A stretch of 63,876 nt of DNA, counting the filler, from Octopus bimaculoides (taxonomy: Eukaryota): NCBI RefSeq assembly GCF_001194135.2. It is 5 parts of 4 records of this genome, joined end to end, with 100 filler letters (N's around TTAATTAATTAA, not from the genome) between each part and the next. Parts side by side here need not be neighbours in the genome. Positions count along the whole stretch, not along the records: positions 24,535 to 28,170 come from NC_068981.1; positions 28,271 to 45,892 come from NC_068983.1; 3 more parts are not named here. One strand, written 5' to 3'. The notes under the pieces are model-generated. The model was not told the DNA's origin, did not search any database, and was given only the letters and a program-made list of their open reading frames with translations. Both the position numbers and the translations under genes were made by a program. This document shows positions 25,884-38,776 of the stretch, one piece after another. How positions within the stretch are numbered: position 1 is the first letter of the stretch; each line of letters opens with the position of its first letter.

Positions 25884-25966
25884 TACCCTGAGGAGGGGGG
25901 TCATCACCGGATTGCACTATGACGTGTATGGACTACGGTGGTGAAATCTTGAAATGGCCATAGGTG
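25884..25966 (+). ncRNA. Minimal type-I hammerhead ribozyme motif
   Basis: Stem I tacc/ggtg; CUGAGGA at 25888-25894; long stem II (tcatcaccg/cggtggtga); GAAA at 25951-25954; palindromic stem III AUGGCCAU; cleavage triplet AUA. Confidence 0.7.
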
Positions 25967-26633
25967 CTTGTGTGTGTTTTGACCTATGTGTTTCACCAGT
26001 GATTTTTATGAACTTTTGTATGTTTGGTGAGCAGAAACGGATTTTACCTATGGAAGTCTGCTGTTATTACCTGTGCCTTGAGGGAAGTACAGAACTTTTT
26101 AATATAACTTTAAATGATGTTAAATTATTTTAAAGTTTTTTGTCATTTTAAAGTTTTGTCATCGGATATAGTATTTTAGCCGATGGACTATTATAGTATT
26201 TTATTTTACTTCATTTTATCTTATTCTATTTTGCTTTATTTGTCTATTTTGAATTTTTAATCGCTTGATTTTATTCGAATTGTAATTATAAAAAGATATA
26301 TATATNNNNNNNNNNNNNNNNNNNNNNNNNNNNNNNNNNNNNNNNNNNNNNNNNNNNNNNNNNNNNNNNNNNNNNNNNNNNNNNNNNNNNNNNNNNNNNN
26401 NNNNNNNNNNNNNNNNNNNNNNNNNNNNNNNNNNNNNNNNNNNNNNNNNNNNNNNNNNNNNNNNNNNNNNNNNNNNNNNNNNNNNNNNNNNNNNNNNNNN
26501 NNNNNNNNNNNNNNNNNNNNNNNNNNNNNNNNNNNNNNNNNNNNNNNNNNNNNNNNNNNNNNNNNNNNNNNNNNNNNNNNNNNNNNNNNNNNNNNNNNNN
26601 NNNNNNNNNNNNNNNNNNNNNNNNNNNNNNNNN

Positions 26634-28170
26634 TATATCTCGACATGAAACTTCAACAAATTCATGTCTGTAATACAAGTCATATGCTACAAATATGTCC
26701 CGGAGAGAAAGGCCACTGTACACAAGAACAAAATCCCCAGGGAGAGGAAAATTCTTATGAGACGGCATAGAAAAATTTCGAATCGCCTAAACAAACAAAT
26801 TGAAGGCAGTGAAAAATCCAGCCTGAAAATATAAATTCTGGAGATTGAAAAAAATCTGCAGCTCACCCATGAAAAAAAAAAAAAAGAGCAAAGAAGCCTG
26901 GGCTATAGACAATATAAAAGCTAGCCCCCAGAGCTTTCTACTTGTTTGCCAAAGAAACAGCCTTAGTGCACTGCAGGGTAGGGCCACTCCTCACAGGAAA
27001 TTCAATGAGGATAAGTGAAATACTTAATGATCAATTCAAAAGTGTCTTCACCGTAAGACACTTGCAAGTCAGCAAACCAGCTGATTTTTTAATCGCTGCT
27101 GATATAAAAACAGAGGCTGTGATGATTGGTTACATCAATATAAAAGAAGATGTAATAAGGGCTATAGATGAAATGAACCCGAACTCATCTACTGGCCTTG
27201 GTGGATTCCCAGCAATCCTTCTAAAAGCATGTAAGCGAGTCCTAGTAAGACCACTGCAGTCCCTCTTTCAGAGCTTCCTTGCGACTGGCAAACTTCCAAG
27301 TAAACTGAAGAAGGATAAAATATGCTTTATTCATAAAGGAGGTAGCAGAGTAGAGGCCAAAGACTACAGACCTATCTCTCTGATCTCGCACCTCAGCAAA
27401 GTCATGGAACGAATAGTCAGAAGAAAACTAATCACCTTCCTTCAGGAAAATGACTTGCTGACTGACACACAACATGGTTTCCGACCAGGAAGAACCAGTC
27501 TGATTTAGCCTTTACAACACTATGACTGGGTGTTGAGACAGCTGCTCAACCATTCAAATGTGGAAGTGATACATTTCGACTTTGCAAAGGCCTTCGATAA
27601 AGTCGATCATGGAATGATATGTGACAAACTGCATGATCTCGGCATAGTCGGGAAATTGGGAGAATGGCTGCATGACTTTCTGAAGGATAGAAGTCAGGTA
27701 GCAAAATTAATTGCAGAACTTAAGCCAATGGGGCCACCTCCAATGACACGCAAATAGTGAGCGGTGTTTTGGGACCACTACTGTTCATAATGGTCCTCTC
27801 AGATATGCATTCAGACACACAGAGAGCCACGATCACAAGTTATGCAGATGATACAAAAGTCTCACAGGTGATACAGAACCCTGCAGACACTATGCACCTG
27901 CAATGTGAGTTGGATGGAATATACAAGTGGAGTAAGAAGAACAGCATGCAGTATAATACTGAAAAATTTTCAAGCCTTGTGCTATCAGCGTGCAAAACTA
28001 AATGCAATTCCAATTAAATACACTGGACCTGGAGGGATTGCAATCCCAGAGACACAGTCATTGTGGGACCTGGGCATTTACATGAGTAATGATGCTTCCT
28101 TCCATGTACATGCTGCTAAGCTGGCAATGAAATGCAGGCGGCTGACCAGATGGATTCTTAGAACTTTTAG
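26634..28170 (+). mobile_element. Non-LTR retrotransposon (CR1/L2-like) ORF2 reverse transcriptase fragment, disrupted, bounded by gaps
   Basis: SEILNDQFKSVFT, YRPISLISHLSKVMERIV, QHGFRPGR, DFAKAFDKVDHG, VLGPLLF (PQG deleted), YADDTK, WILRTF. Stops and frameshifts are present. Confidence 0.92.
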
Positions 28171-28388
28171 NNNNNNNNNNNNNNNNNNNNNNNNNNNNNN
28201 NNNNNNNNNNNNNNTTAATTAATTAANNNNNNNNNNNNNNNNNNNNNNNNNNNNNNNNNNNNNNNNNNNNTTTTAAAGGTACATGAAAGTAAGTACCTTC
28301 TCTCTTTTTGTCTCTTTTTGTTACAAGTCTATGCTTAAAATGGTGTCGTCTTTCATTCTTACCATTCTTGCCACATTTACCCATTTTT

Positions 28389-28448
<60 letters not shown>

Positions 28449-29374
28449 GTGTCTGTATACAGATATTGTATATTGTTAAAAAAGGAGGCAGTCAGAATTT
28501 TGGATAATTCTTTATTAGCTAATAAATAAGACACAAACGTAGACCATGAAAGCCCACAGCAGACTAAGTATCAATGCTGGAGCTGGAGATTCACAACTAT
28601 TTCTGTACCTTCCGTGTACATGAAGCTATGTAATTGGTGATATTTCGTTGTTACATATGCGACATTCTGAACGTCGCAATCAAACTTCTATCCTCTCTTG
28701 CTACAAGAGGTTGCACTAACGTGTGCTTGATACGTTTTCTCACCTAAACTACATCTGCTGTACCCCTAAAACTACGGAAGTGTCAGTATTTCATTCTGGC
28801 AGATGCCTATATATGCATATTTGCGTTTGAGCAATTTTACTTGAAATAAAGTGTTATTATAACTTAAACCGTAGTTTTAAAGAATTGGTTATTAGTACAG
28901 ACCGACGAGCAACTGATTTAATAAAGAACACTAACTATATAATCTACACCATCTCTATTTTTTCCTTCGTTGTTCATGAGAGTAACTTTCCTTATGGAAG
29001 CTAATATAAATTTCTTTGCGACAGCCTAGACAAAGCATTTTGATCTATTTTACGATGCTTAAGCAATTTCTGACATTCGAATTAGATGGTGGAGTTATCT
29101 CCTTTGTATTCTGTTTTCCAGAATTGCATTCAAAATGCTGTCCTGTTTTGTAGGTGGTAACAAACAACAGAACGAGCTGCTTTGCTGAACTAGCGAACCT
29201 CTCGAAAGAGTACTCTATAAGTCCTATGGAGTATTTTTTAGATATGTTGTCGGTGTATATACCAGCATGGCAGGCAATGACTTTCTTTAAGATATTGAAC
29301 TTTACGAGGAATACTTCTTTAACTTCACCTCTTCTGTACACCTGCTATATTTGAAATATTTTGGGGGATTAGAT

Positions 29375-29822
29375 AAGGCAGTTAGTTGGCAGAATCGGGT
29401 AAAATGCTTAGCGGTATTTCGTCCGGCCATAATTTTTGAATTCAAATTCTGCCCAGGTCAACTTTACTTTTCACCCTTCCGGGTGTAAGTACCAGTTGAG
29501 GACTGGCGTCGATATAATCAACTTACCCCTTGCCCCAAATTTCAGGCCTTCTGCCCTGGGCGGCGAGCTAAGAAAGGCGATGAGCTGGCAAAGGCGGTGA
29601 CTGGCAGAATTGTTAGCACGCCGGGCGAAATGCTAAACGGTATTTCGTCTGTCGCTACGTTCTGAGTTCAAATTCCGTGCCGGTCGACTTTGCTTTTCAT
29701 CCTTTCGGGGTCGATCAATTAAGTACCAATGAAATGGTGGGAGTTATGTAATCGACTAGACCTCTGCCCCCAAATTTCATGGTATTGTGCCTTTAGTAGA
29801 AAGGATTATTATTATAATTAAT
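29375..29822 (+). mobile_element. Two tandem SINE family A copies; the second has a triplicated head
   Basis: Cores at about 29460-29500 and 29690-29730; ggcggcgagctaagaaaggcgatgagctggcaaaggcggtgactggcag head repeats. Confidence 0.85.
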
Positions 29823-29948
29823 TGCTTGAATTCTATTGTTATTTGTGTTTATTTACTGTTTACACACATCGTCTAAACCCCACCGTCCCTTGTTTGCTTT
29901 GTGTAATGTCCTTTTGTTTTTTGCGTGGGCCCTTATGGCCAATAAAGA

Positions 29949-29994
<46 letters not shown>

Positions 29995-30082
29995 GGGATC
30001 GATGTAATCGGCTGGACCCCTCTCACCAAATTTCAGGCGTTGTGCCTTTATTAGAAAGGATCATTATTATTATTATTATTAT

Positions 30083-30136
<54 letters not shown>

Positions 30137-31693
30137 GCCAGAGAGGATGAATGATAATGATGAGGATTAAGACAACGAGAAAAAGAGGAGGGAGGACAGG
30201 AGAGTATAGATGGGTATGTAGAAGGTAGATAGAAAAACACAGCATCCACACCACCACGAATAAACAACAACAGCAATAACAACAAATACACCAACAAGGA
30301 ATATAATTTCACAAAATGGAACGAAGAAGATTAACTAACTGTAAGAAGCACAAACGCATCATTTAATTGAAAATGTTTTGTATTTAATGAGAAATAAGTA
30401 GTTTTTAATGTCTCTACATCAACTTTCTCTTATGCAAAACTTCTAATTTTATCTGTTTTAGCTTCATTGTCTCCTTAGAATAATTTTCTAATCATTGATA
30501 ATTAATTCTGAAGTACTTAAATGAAATTTAGATAGGAACTCACTGTTCACAGCACACTTGTTAATAACGGATTATTCAGAATGAAGAAGATATTATAGAA
30601 TTGAATTTTTCATCAGTATATTTTACTGAATGTAGTAAAATCTGAAAGACTAGCTTTCCCAATCATATGAAAATTATTACGGAAAGAATTTACTTTATAA
30701 GATGTAATATTTCTTCCATTCCTTACGAGGTCAAATATCCTTTATATAATATCATAAACAAGTAATCTTTAAGCAATACATCAACCAGCTTAACATTCAA
30801 ATCTCACAACATTTTAAAATATTGGTTTAACCAGAAATTTCATTCACAATGTACGCATCAAGATCTTGTCTTTCCTTCAATGATTGCTTATTTCAATTTA
30901 CTCCTCTGTTGAACATCATTTCGAAAGCATTAATAAAATTTCAGAATTTCAAACCAGTAAATTACATTCCTTTTAGAAGAAAGGAAAACTTCACCAAAAT
31001 CAATCAGTTTACATTGATTGTGTTGAATGTAAAATGCCGGATCCAAAAATCATATCTTTTCTTTGAATGACATCCAAATTATGTCTTCATTCCCTGACCT
31101 ATCTCTTTTTATTATCCGTGCGTAAATGTTTCAGGTTTAATCCAGTATCATATGGTTACTTCTCCAGTAAATATACATTTAGTCAATAGAAAGTTTAATT
31201 CACTTCAAACCTCCAGAAAAGTATTCACTTCTGCTACTCTTGTGCAATATATTCTAAACCAAAGATCTTAGGCTATTACATACTACAAGGATACTAAATT
31301 CCTAAAATCAGTATAGTCTCCTTCATTTGTTTCAGTCATTAGACTACGGTGATGGGAGTACAGCAAACGCACACACACGGGCACACATACGTACGCACAC
31401 GCACACCAAATACACTCACAAAGCTTTGATCAACCCGAGGCTATAGTATAAGGTACCAGGCAGAGGGCTATAATAGTAGGTACTAGGGCAGAGGGCTATA
31501 GTAGAAGGTACCAGGCAGAGGAACTGAACCTCAACATCATTCAACATCAATCACTCAACATCAATACCTATATAAGTATATAGAAATATTACATCAATCA
31601 GTTAAAACTCAAACTTCATAATTTTCAGCGATAAACAAACAGATGAGATCCCCTTATTTTCTCAACATGCAGGATAGCTACTTACCATCACAT

Positions 31694-31948
31694 GAGTACG
31701 GTCCAGTAAAATTTCACAAACAAAACAACCTTATCGAACCTATAGTATCACACATAAACACATCTGTATGTAAAATACAATCATCAAAATACTCACACAC
31801 AGAGAAATATAGTATTTGTTGAGAAATATATTATATAGTCATTTGTTGAATTCCTAAAAATATTAGATGAAATAAAGTTGACATCAACTCCAATATAGAT
31901 GTAGAAAACTCGTTTATTAACGTACTGGTTGCAGAAACAGTTGGAATC
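31694..31948 (+). mobile_element. Decayed Penelope-like reverse transcriptase fragment
   Basis: EYGPVKFHKQNNLIEPIVSHINT resembles YGLPKIHK..PLRPIVS. IDVENSFINVLVAETVGI resembles LDVESLFTNVPVDETI. Confidence 0.7.
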
Positions 31949-33613
31949 AGATAAAATACATAAACTCTAAAACAATAATACCACTTGCATTACCAGTAAA
32001 CTTATTGATTGAAGAAGTCATTAGTACGCGAACAATGGAAGTACCACCTTTTTGCTGTTCACAAAACAAAATTTGTTTATACAAAAAAAGATTAAGAAAC
32101 TATAGGTTCTCATTTGAGACATACAGCCATAATTCAGAACGAAATAGAAAACACACACTCTCAAAAATACACACGCACTCTCTCACTCACATACTTGCAT
32201 GCACACACACGCACGCACACATGCACACACGCACAAATACACAAACACGCATTCATATATATACATATTATATAGTTACACGAGATATATTCAATGTAAC
32301 NNNNNNNNNNNNNNNNNNNNNNNNNNNNNNNNNNNNNNNNNNNNNNNNNNNNNNNNNNNNNNNNNNNNNNNNNNNNNNNNNNNNNNNNNNNNNNNNNNNN
32401 NNNNNNNNNNNNNNNNNNNNNNNNNNNNNNNNNNNNNNNNNNNNNNNNNNNNNNCGCATTCATATATATACATATTATATAGTTACACGAGATATATTCA
32501 ATGTAACGGCTGTGATGGATACACGGTAAAGAGTTAAAGAAAGACCTGGAATTCTACTACGTACTGAAATTTGACATCCGAAATAATACAAACATATGTC
32601 TATACCCAAATAAACATAAGAATAGGTACATCAAATCCGTTTACATCAAAGATGTTAATAAAGTTATATACCTTGATGGAGATGGTGAATGTATTGCCAC
32701 AGGAGAATATACTCATAATTACTATGCAACAGTAGCATCAAACATTGCACACATTTAAAATCACAAACCGAAGACGAAGCCTTCTATATGAGTCAAATTC
32801 GTACGCACTTTACAGCTGACAGACACTTAATAATCTCGTAAAATGAAACACAAAATACATGAAACGAAGCCACAAACTGACATTAATAATATACAAAATC
32901 ACTAAATCACTAAATATTGACCACAAGAATATACACCTGCGCACATGGTACAAACGAAGAATGTGATCTATAAATTAGATTATATAAGTAAAAGTTATAT
33001 ACTTCATGAGAATTCTTATACAGGCCATACAGATACAACAATATTTTGTAGGCTCAACATGTGCCTACAGCAAGGAGCAATTGTAATATATTACAACGCA
33101 GAACATAACGCAGAAATGCGTAAGACATTAGTGAATGACACAACCACACTATGTAAAATTCTCTCAGAAGCAGACGGTATGGTAATAAAAGTCTTTCACA
33201 TAAAGCAGTATAATGTATAAAGAAGCACATAGACAATACACGCACGTAACAAATACCAAATTTCAAGTGATGGATTAAACTTTCAGAAGGGGCAGATACA
33301 CGTGGCATTAATAATTTAAGCTCTGATGATTTGACTGCAAAAGTTGTTGACTACAGAAATTTGAGGACTTTCTCGTTACATATGACCTGCACGGAACTCA
33401 AATGAAAATATGATAAAGAGAAACTAATACAAACTGAAAAGCGAGCGAAGCATTATGTGTGTGAGAATATATGCATGAATGTATACATACATGTATTTCT
33501 GTGTGCGTGTGTGTGTGTGAGTAGAAGGTTGAAAAGTAACACACGAGTCGATATGTATAAGGAAAATAGGACAAGGTAGAAAATACTAAAATAATTTTAT
33601 CATGAAGAACATT

Positions 33614-33651
33614 TTAGTACCGGTTTCAGTCTTTGTGACTTTTTCAACTTA
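33614..33651 (-). ncRNA. Minimal type-I hammerhead motif, U3-A8 core variant
   Basis: The minus strand reads ag-UUGAAAA-AGUC-acaaa-GACU-GAA-ACCGGU-A-cu: 4-bp stem II, palindromic stem III and a GUA triplet. Stem I is only about 2 bp. Confidence 0.55.
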
Positions 33652-33743
33652 GAGTAAAGCATGAAAAACAATTAAATTGTGGAAAATTAAATGAAATGTT
33701 TTTTTCTAAAATATTTCCATAGTTTTCAAATAGTCGGTACGTT

Positions 33744-33775
<32 letters not shown>

Positions 33776-34189
33776 NNNNNNNNNNNNNNNNNNNNNNNNN
33801 NNNNNNNNNNNNNNNNNNNNNNNNNNNNNNNNNNNNNNNNNNNNNNNNNNNNNNNNNNNNNNNNNNNNNNNNNNNNNNNNNNNNNNNNNNNNNNNNNNNN
33901 NNNNNNNNNNNNNNNNNNNNNNNNNNNNNNNNNNNNNNNNNNNNNNNNNNNNNNNNNNNNNNNNNNNNNNNNNNNNNNNNNNNNNNNNNNNNNNNNNNNN
34001 NNNNNNNNNNNNNNNNNNNNNNNNNNNNNNNNNNNNNNNNNNNNNNNNNNNNNNNNNNNNNNNNNNNNNNNNNNNNNNNNNNNNNNNNGAAGAAGAAGAA
34101 GAAGAAGAAGAAGAAGAAGAAGAAGAAGAAGAAGAAGAAGAAGAAGAAGAAGAAGAAGAAGAAGAAGAAGAAGAAGAAGAAGAAGAAGA

Positions 34190-35718
34190 ATTGTTCCCAA
34201 AAAAACCAGTGCGAAATTGTCAGAATAGACAAAATCAGGAAATAATCCCATGTTTTGCATGTGGAGGTATACACATGAGGAAAAATTTTCCATTTAAAAA
34301 AGGGGCGTGCTTTCGTTTTAGTAATATAGGACATATAAAATACACTGTAGAACGAAGATGATAGAAAGTCTGAATAAAGGAAAAAGAATAAATAGTACAT
34401 AATCAGAAGTAATTGGTAATATAACAATGTGGATATTAGTGAAGGTGAAAATCAGAAATACAAGTGTTAAAATGCAGTTAGACACTGGTAGTGATATTTC
34501 CATTATAAACGAAAATACTTGGAAATATGTCGGTAAAATTAATTAAATCGAAAAAGGTATCACATGGTGTTACGGGAAAAAGAGCATATTTTTTCGGTAA
34601 ATTAGTATGTAATGTAACATTTCGAGGTCAAAAAAAAAAGGGGGGCAAAGTTATGTGTTAAAAATTCACTTAATTTATTCGGTACAAAGTGGATGGAACT
34701 ATTCAAAGAATGGAATACGCTCATAGGTGTTTTGTGTGGAAATATAGTCGGTTCAGTCGGAAGTTCGAATGCGGCTAAAGAACTAAAACAAAAAGAAAAT
34801 GCATAGTAAAACGGAGTGGAACACTTGTATGTACACCAAAACGAAATTAAAAATTGCCCACTATAAGAAGTAAACATTGTTTAAAAGTAGATGTTCCGTG
34901 GTTGAGACTATACATCAATTTCGCTGGTTCTTTAAATGGTTCTTACTACTTAGTGGTAGTTGATAGTTTCTGAAATTTGCAAGAGTAAAAAACTAACATC
35001 CTCAGTGTGATAAATTTTTTACACGAATTGTTTGCAAGATTTGGCATCCCAGACAAGATAGTATCTGATAACGGAACGCAATTTGCGTCTAGCGGATTTT
35101 AAAAAATTTGTGAAACCTTTGCGGTAGGACATATAACTACGGCACCATACCATTCCAGATCTCATGGACAGGCAGCACGCGTTGTCCAATGAAAAGAATG
35201 GAAAGCAGAGTTGGGAATAATTACCAAATGCATAGGTAAAATGATGTATTGGGTAAAAAATAGAAACGGAATAAAAAAGAGACGCTGGTCCCAACTGAAA
35301 AAGAGATTAGTGGAAAGCGAACCAAAGAAGTTAAAGGAACCTATGGAATGAGTGTATGTACGCTCGAAGTACCAACGCCTCTGCAGGTGATTGAACCCAG
35401 GTGTACAAGTGAGAGGAAAAGTAAACATACAGAGTTCCCGAAAATAGATGCCAAGCACAAAAAATTGTATGAAAAAATACCTTCAAAAATGAGATGTGGG
35501 CGAATAAAAACAATTTTTGCAAAATAAAATGACACTCCCTAAGAAAAACTTAAAAGGGGAGATAATATAGAGAATAAGTAATTATGGAACACCCCTCCCA
35601 CATGACGAATAGAATAACCTAGTCACTATACGTAAAGAGAAGTACGAGAAATACAAGAGGAGGTAATAGGCGGTCAGAGATAGTTGTGTCTTGGTTTTAC
35701 TAAGTGGGTGTTATAACA
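34190..35718 (+). mobile_element. Ty3/Gypsy LTR retrotransposon remnant (gag knuckles, protease, integrase, PPT, putative 3' LTR)
   Basis: CFACGGIH and CF...GH knuckles from 34251; QLDTGSDISIINENTW protease (DTG at 34481); HINFAGSLNGSYYLVVVDSF and FARFGIPDKIVSDNGTQF...TTAPYHSRSHGQAAR integrase; purine tract aaaaggggaga at 35552-35562; possible LTR 35563-35718 ending ttataaca (less certain). Confidence 0.88.
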
Positions 35719-35905
35719 ATCGAACATTTTAAGGATTATAGCAGTTACGTGGAGATAAACACACCAACATATATTGAAAGCAGTTTCGGGAAAAAAACAC
35801 GCAAAAAGACACAAATACACACACACGCCCACATGCCCACACGCCCACACGCGCACACACTCACGCGAAATCACCCACACGTTCACCCACACACATACTC
35901 GCATA

Positions 35906-35966
<61 letters not shown>

Positions 35967-37308
35967 NNNNNNNNNNNNNNNNNNNNNNNNNNNNNNNNNN
36001 NNNNNNNNNNNNNNNNNNNNNNNNNNNNNNNNNNNNNNNNNNNNNNNNNNNNNNNNNNNNNNNNNNNNNNNNNNNNNNNNNNNNNNNNNNNNNNNNNNNN
36101 NNNNNNNNNNNNNNNNNNNNNNNNNNNNNNNNNNNNNNNNNNNNNNNNNNNNNNNNNNNNNNNNNNNNNNNNNNNNNNNNNNNNNNNNNNNNNNNNNNNN
36201 NNNNNNNNNNNNNNNNNNNNNNNNNNNNNNNNNNNNNNNNNNNNNNNNNNNNNNNNNNNNNNNNNNNNNNNNNNNNNNNNNNNNNNNNNNNNNNNNNNNN
36301 NNNNNNNNNNNNNNNNNNNNNNATATATATATATATATATATATATATAATCAAATGGGTTGAAAGTCACTCACTAAAACTTCTGATATTCTATTTACCT
36401 TATCTTATCATTCATTTTGTTGATCATGTTAGATGAATTAGAATGATTAAAGCAAGCCTTTGACATTTCCGGGGCGGCTCAACGTATATGTGTGTATGTA
36501 TATATATGTATGTGTGTATACGAATACACGTATTCAAATAAATACAAGCATAATCCTTAACTCTAACTCAAGCTACCGAGCACTCTGTGTTTATAACGCG
36601 TATATACCAAAATTGTGTTGAGTTGTATCTGTAACACATATCTATCTAGTTAACTATGCGACTATATATCTAGTATGTGTGTGTGTGAGTCTCTGTGAAT
36701 ATGAATTTACATGCGTAGATATGTGCATATATATGTATGGATGTGTATGTAACTGAATAATTGCATGTTCGAACATCATCTCGTGTGTTATAATATGATA
36801 ATGCCATGTGCATGTAAGTGTGTGTAGTGTGCATAAGCATCGTTTGAATATGGTCATATCGGAAAAGAAAGGAATAAATGAAGAAAGAAACCAGAAAAGG
36901 GACAGTGTTAGAAATCTTCCGTTCATATGATGGTATCAATTGATTTACAACCAATATCTGTACTGCTGAGCTAATAAAACTATTGTTGGTGTTTTGCCAA
37001 GAATTCAAGTTAGTTTGCTTAGAGTATGAGAAGAGAAACAGAGGGGATAGGAAGATGAAAATGAAGAAAACGAAGGGGAAAGAAGTAGAAGATAACGACG
37101 AAGATTTAGAGGAAGAAGAAACAGGAGGACATAGAATTTCAAAGGTTTCTATTTTCTTGTTCAAATTTTGATTTATTTATTCATGTATTTATGTATGCAT
37201 TCATTCATGTGCCTCATAGTCTATTATGGAATTTCACTTACTTTTCTTTCATTTATACACACACAACATATGCATATACATACACACATATATACATATA
37301 TATATATA

Positions 37309-37341
<33 letters not shown>

Positions 37342-37916
37342 NNNNNNNNNNNNNNNNNNNNNNNNNNNNNNNNNNNNNNNNNNNNNNNNNNNNNNNNNNN
37401 NNNNNNNNNNNNNNNNNNNNNNNNNNNNNNNNNNNNNNNNNNNNNNNNNNNNNNNNNNNNNNNNNNNNNNNNNNNNNNNNNNNNNNNNNNNNNNNNNNNN
37501 NNNNNNNNNNNNNNNNNNNNNNNNNNNNNNNNNNNNNNNNNNNNNNNNNNNNNNNNNNNNNNNNNNNNNNNNNNNNNNNNNNNNNNNNNNNNNNNNNNNN
37601 NNNNNNNNNNNNNNNNNNNNNNNNNNNNNNNNNNNNNNNNNNNNNNNNNNNNNNNNNNNNNNNNNNNNNNNNNNNNNNNNNNNNNNNNNNNNNNNNNNNN
37701 NNNNNNNNNNNNNNNNNNNNNNNNNNNNNNNNNNNNNNNNNNNNNNNNNNNNNNNNNNNNNNNNNNNNNNNNNNNNNNNNNNNNNNNNNNNNNNNNNNNN
37801 NNNNNNNNNNNNNNNNNNNNNNNNNNNNNNNNNNNNNNNNNNNNNNNNNNNNNNNNNNNNNNNNNNNNNNNNNNNNNNNNNNNNNNNNNNNNNNNNNNNN
37901 NNNNNNNNNNNNNNNN

Positions 37917-37951
<35 letters not shown>

Positions 37952-38717
37952 CATATGAGTGTGTTATTGTATAATTCATATGTGTATATATTATCCGAAT
38001 TGTGCTAAGGGCTGCATAGAAAACCCACATTGCTTTGCATATGTTGTAACAGCATGAAAACAAGGTAATTTGTCTTTCGCCATATTCCGGTTTATCAATA
38101 AATATTCATTAACGTGGATAACTATAACTGACGACTTAAACCGATTGAATTACTGAAAAAAAAAGACAAATACACACAGACGCACACACATATACACAAG
38201 TTAAATAGATGTATACGTCTGAGTGTGCATGTATGTATGTGTGCGAGTTTGTTTCTGTGTGTTTGTGTGTGCGCGTGTATGTGTGTGTGTATGTGAATTA
38301 TCAATAAAATATATACCGTACAATGGCGACCAACAAGTTAATATATCAATTCCAACGGAATTTTTTCCACAAATACGTGTATAATAGTGTCTCTTCTCGT
38401 CGAGTAGTGATGGTATCTGGAACATCGCTGATAGTGTTGTGCCTCGTTCGTGACAAATTTGTACATACATATATACATAAATACATACGTACATACATTT
38501 ACACACACATATATAAGCACATATATGTACACATTCTTATATCTAATACAATGTGTATATATGATATATATATGCATGTATGTATGTATGTATGTATGCA
38601 TGTATGTATGTATAAGCAAAACTTGTATATATAAAGAAATAATAAATAAATATAAGCATACTAATATACGAAATACAAACGTAAGACTGTATAAATTATC
38701 TGCGGTGTAATCAGTAT

Positions 38718-38776
<59 letters not shown>

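Noticed and set aside
32268-32510. Identical ~53-bp segment on both sides of an N gap (similar cases at 62900-63110 and 63500-63610)
   Set aside because: Typical unmerged contig overlap, not a biological repeat.
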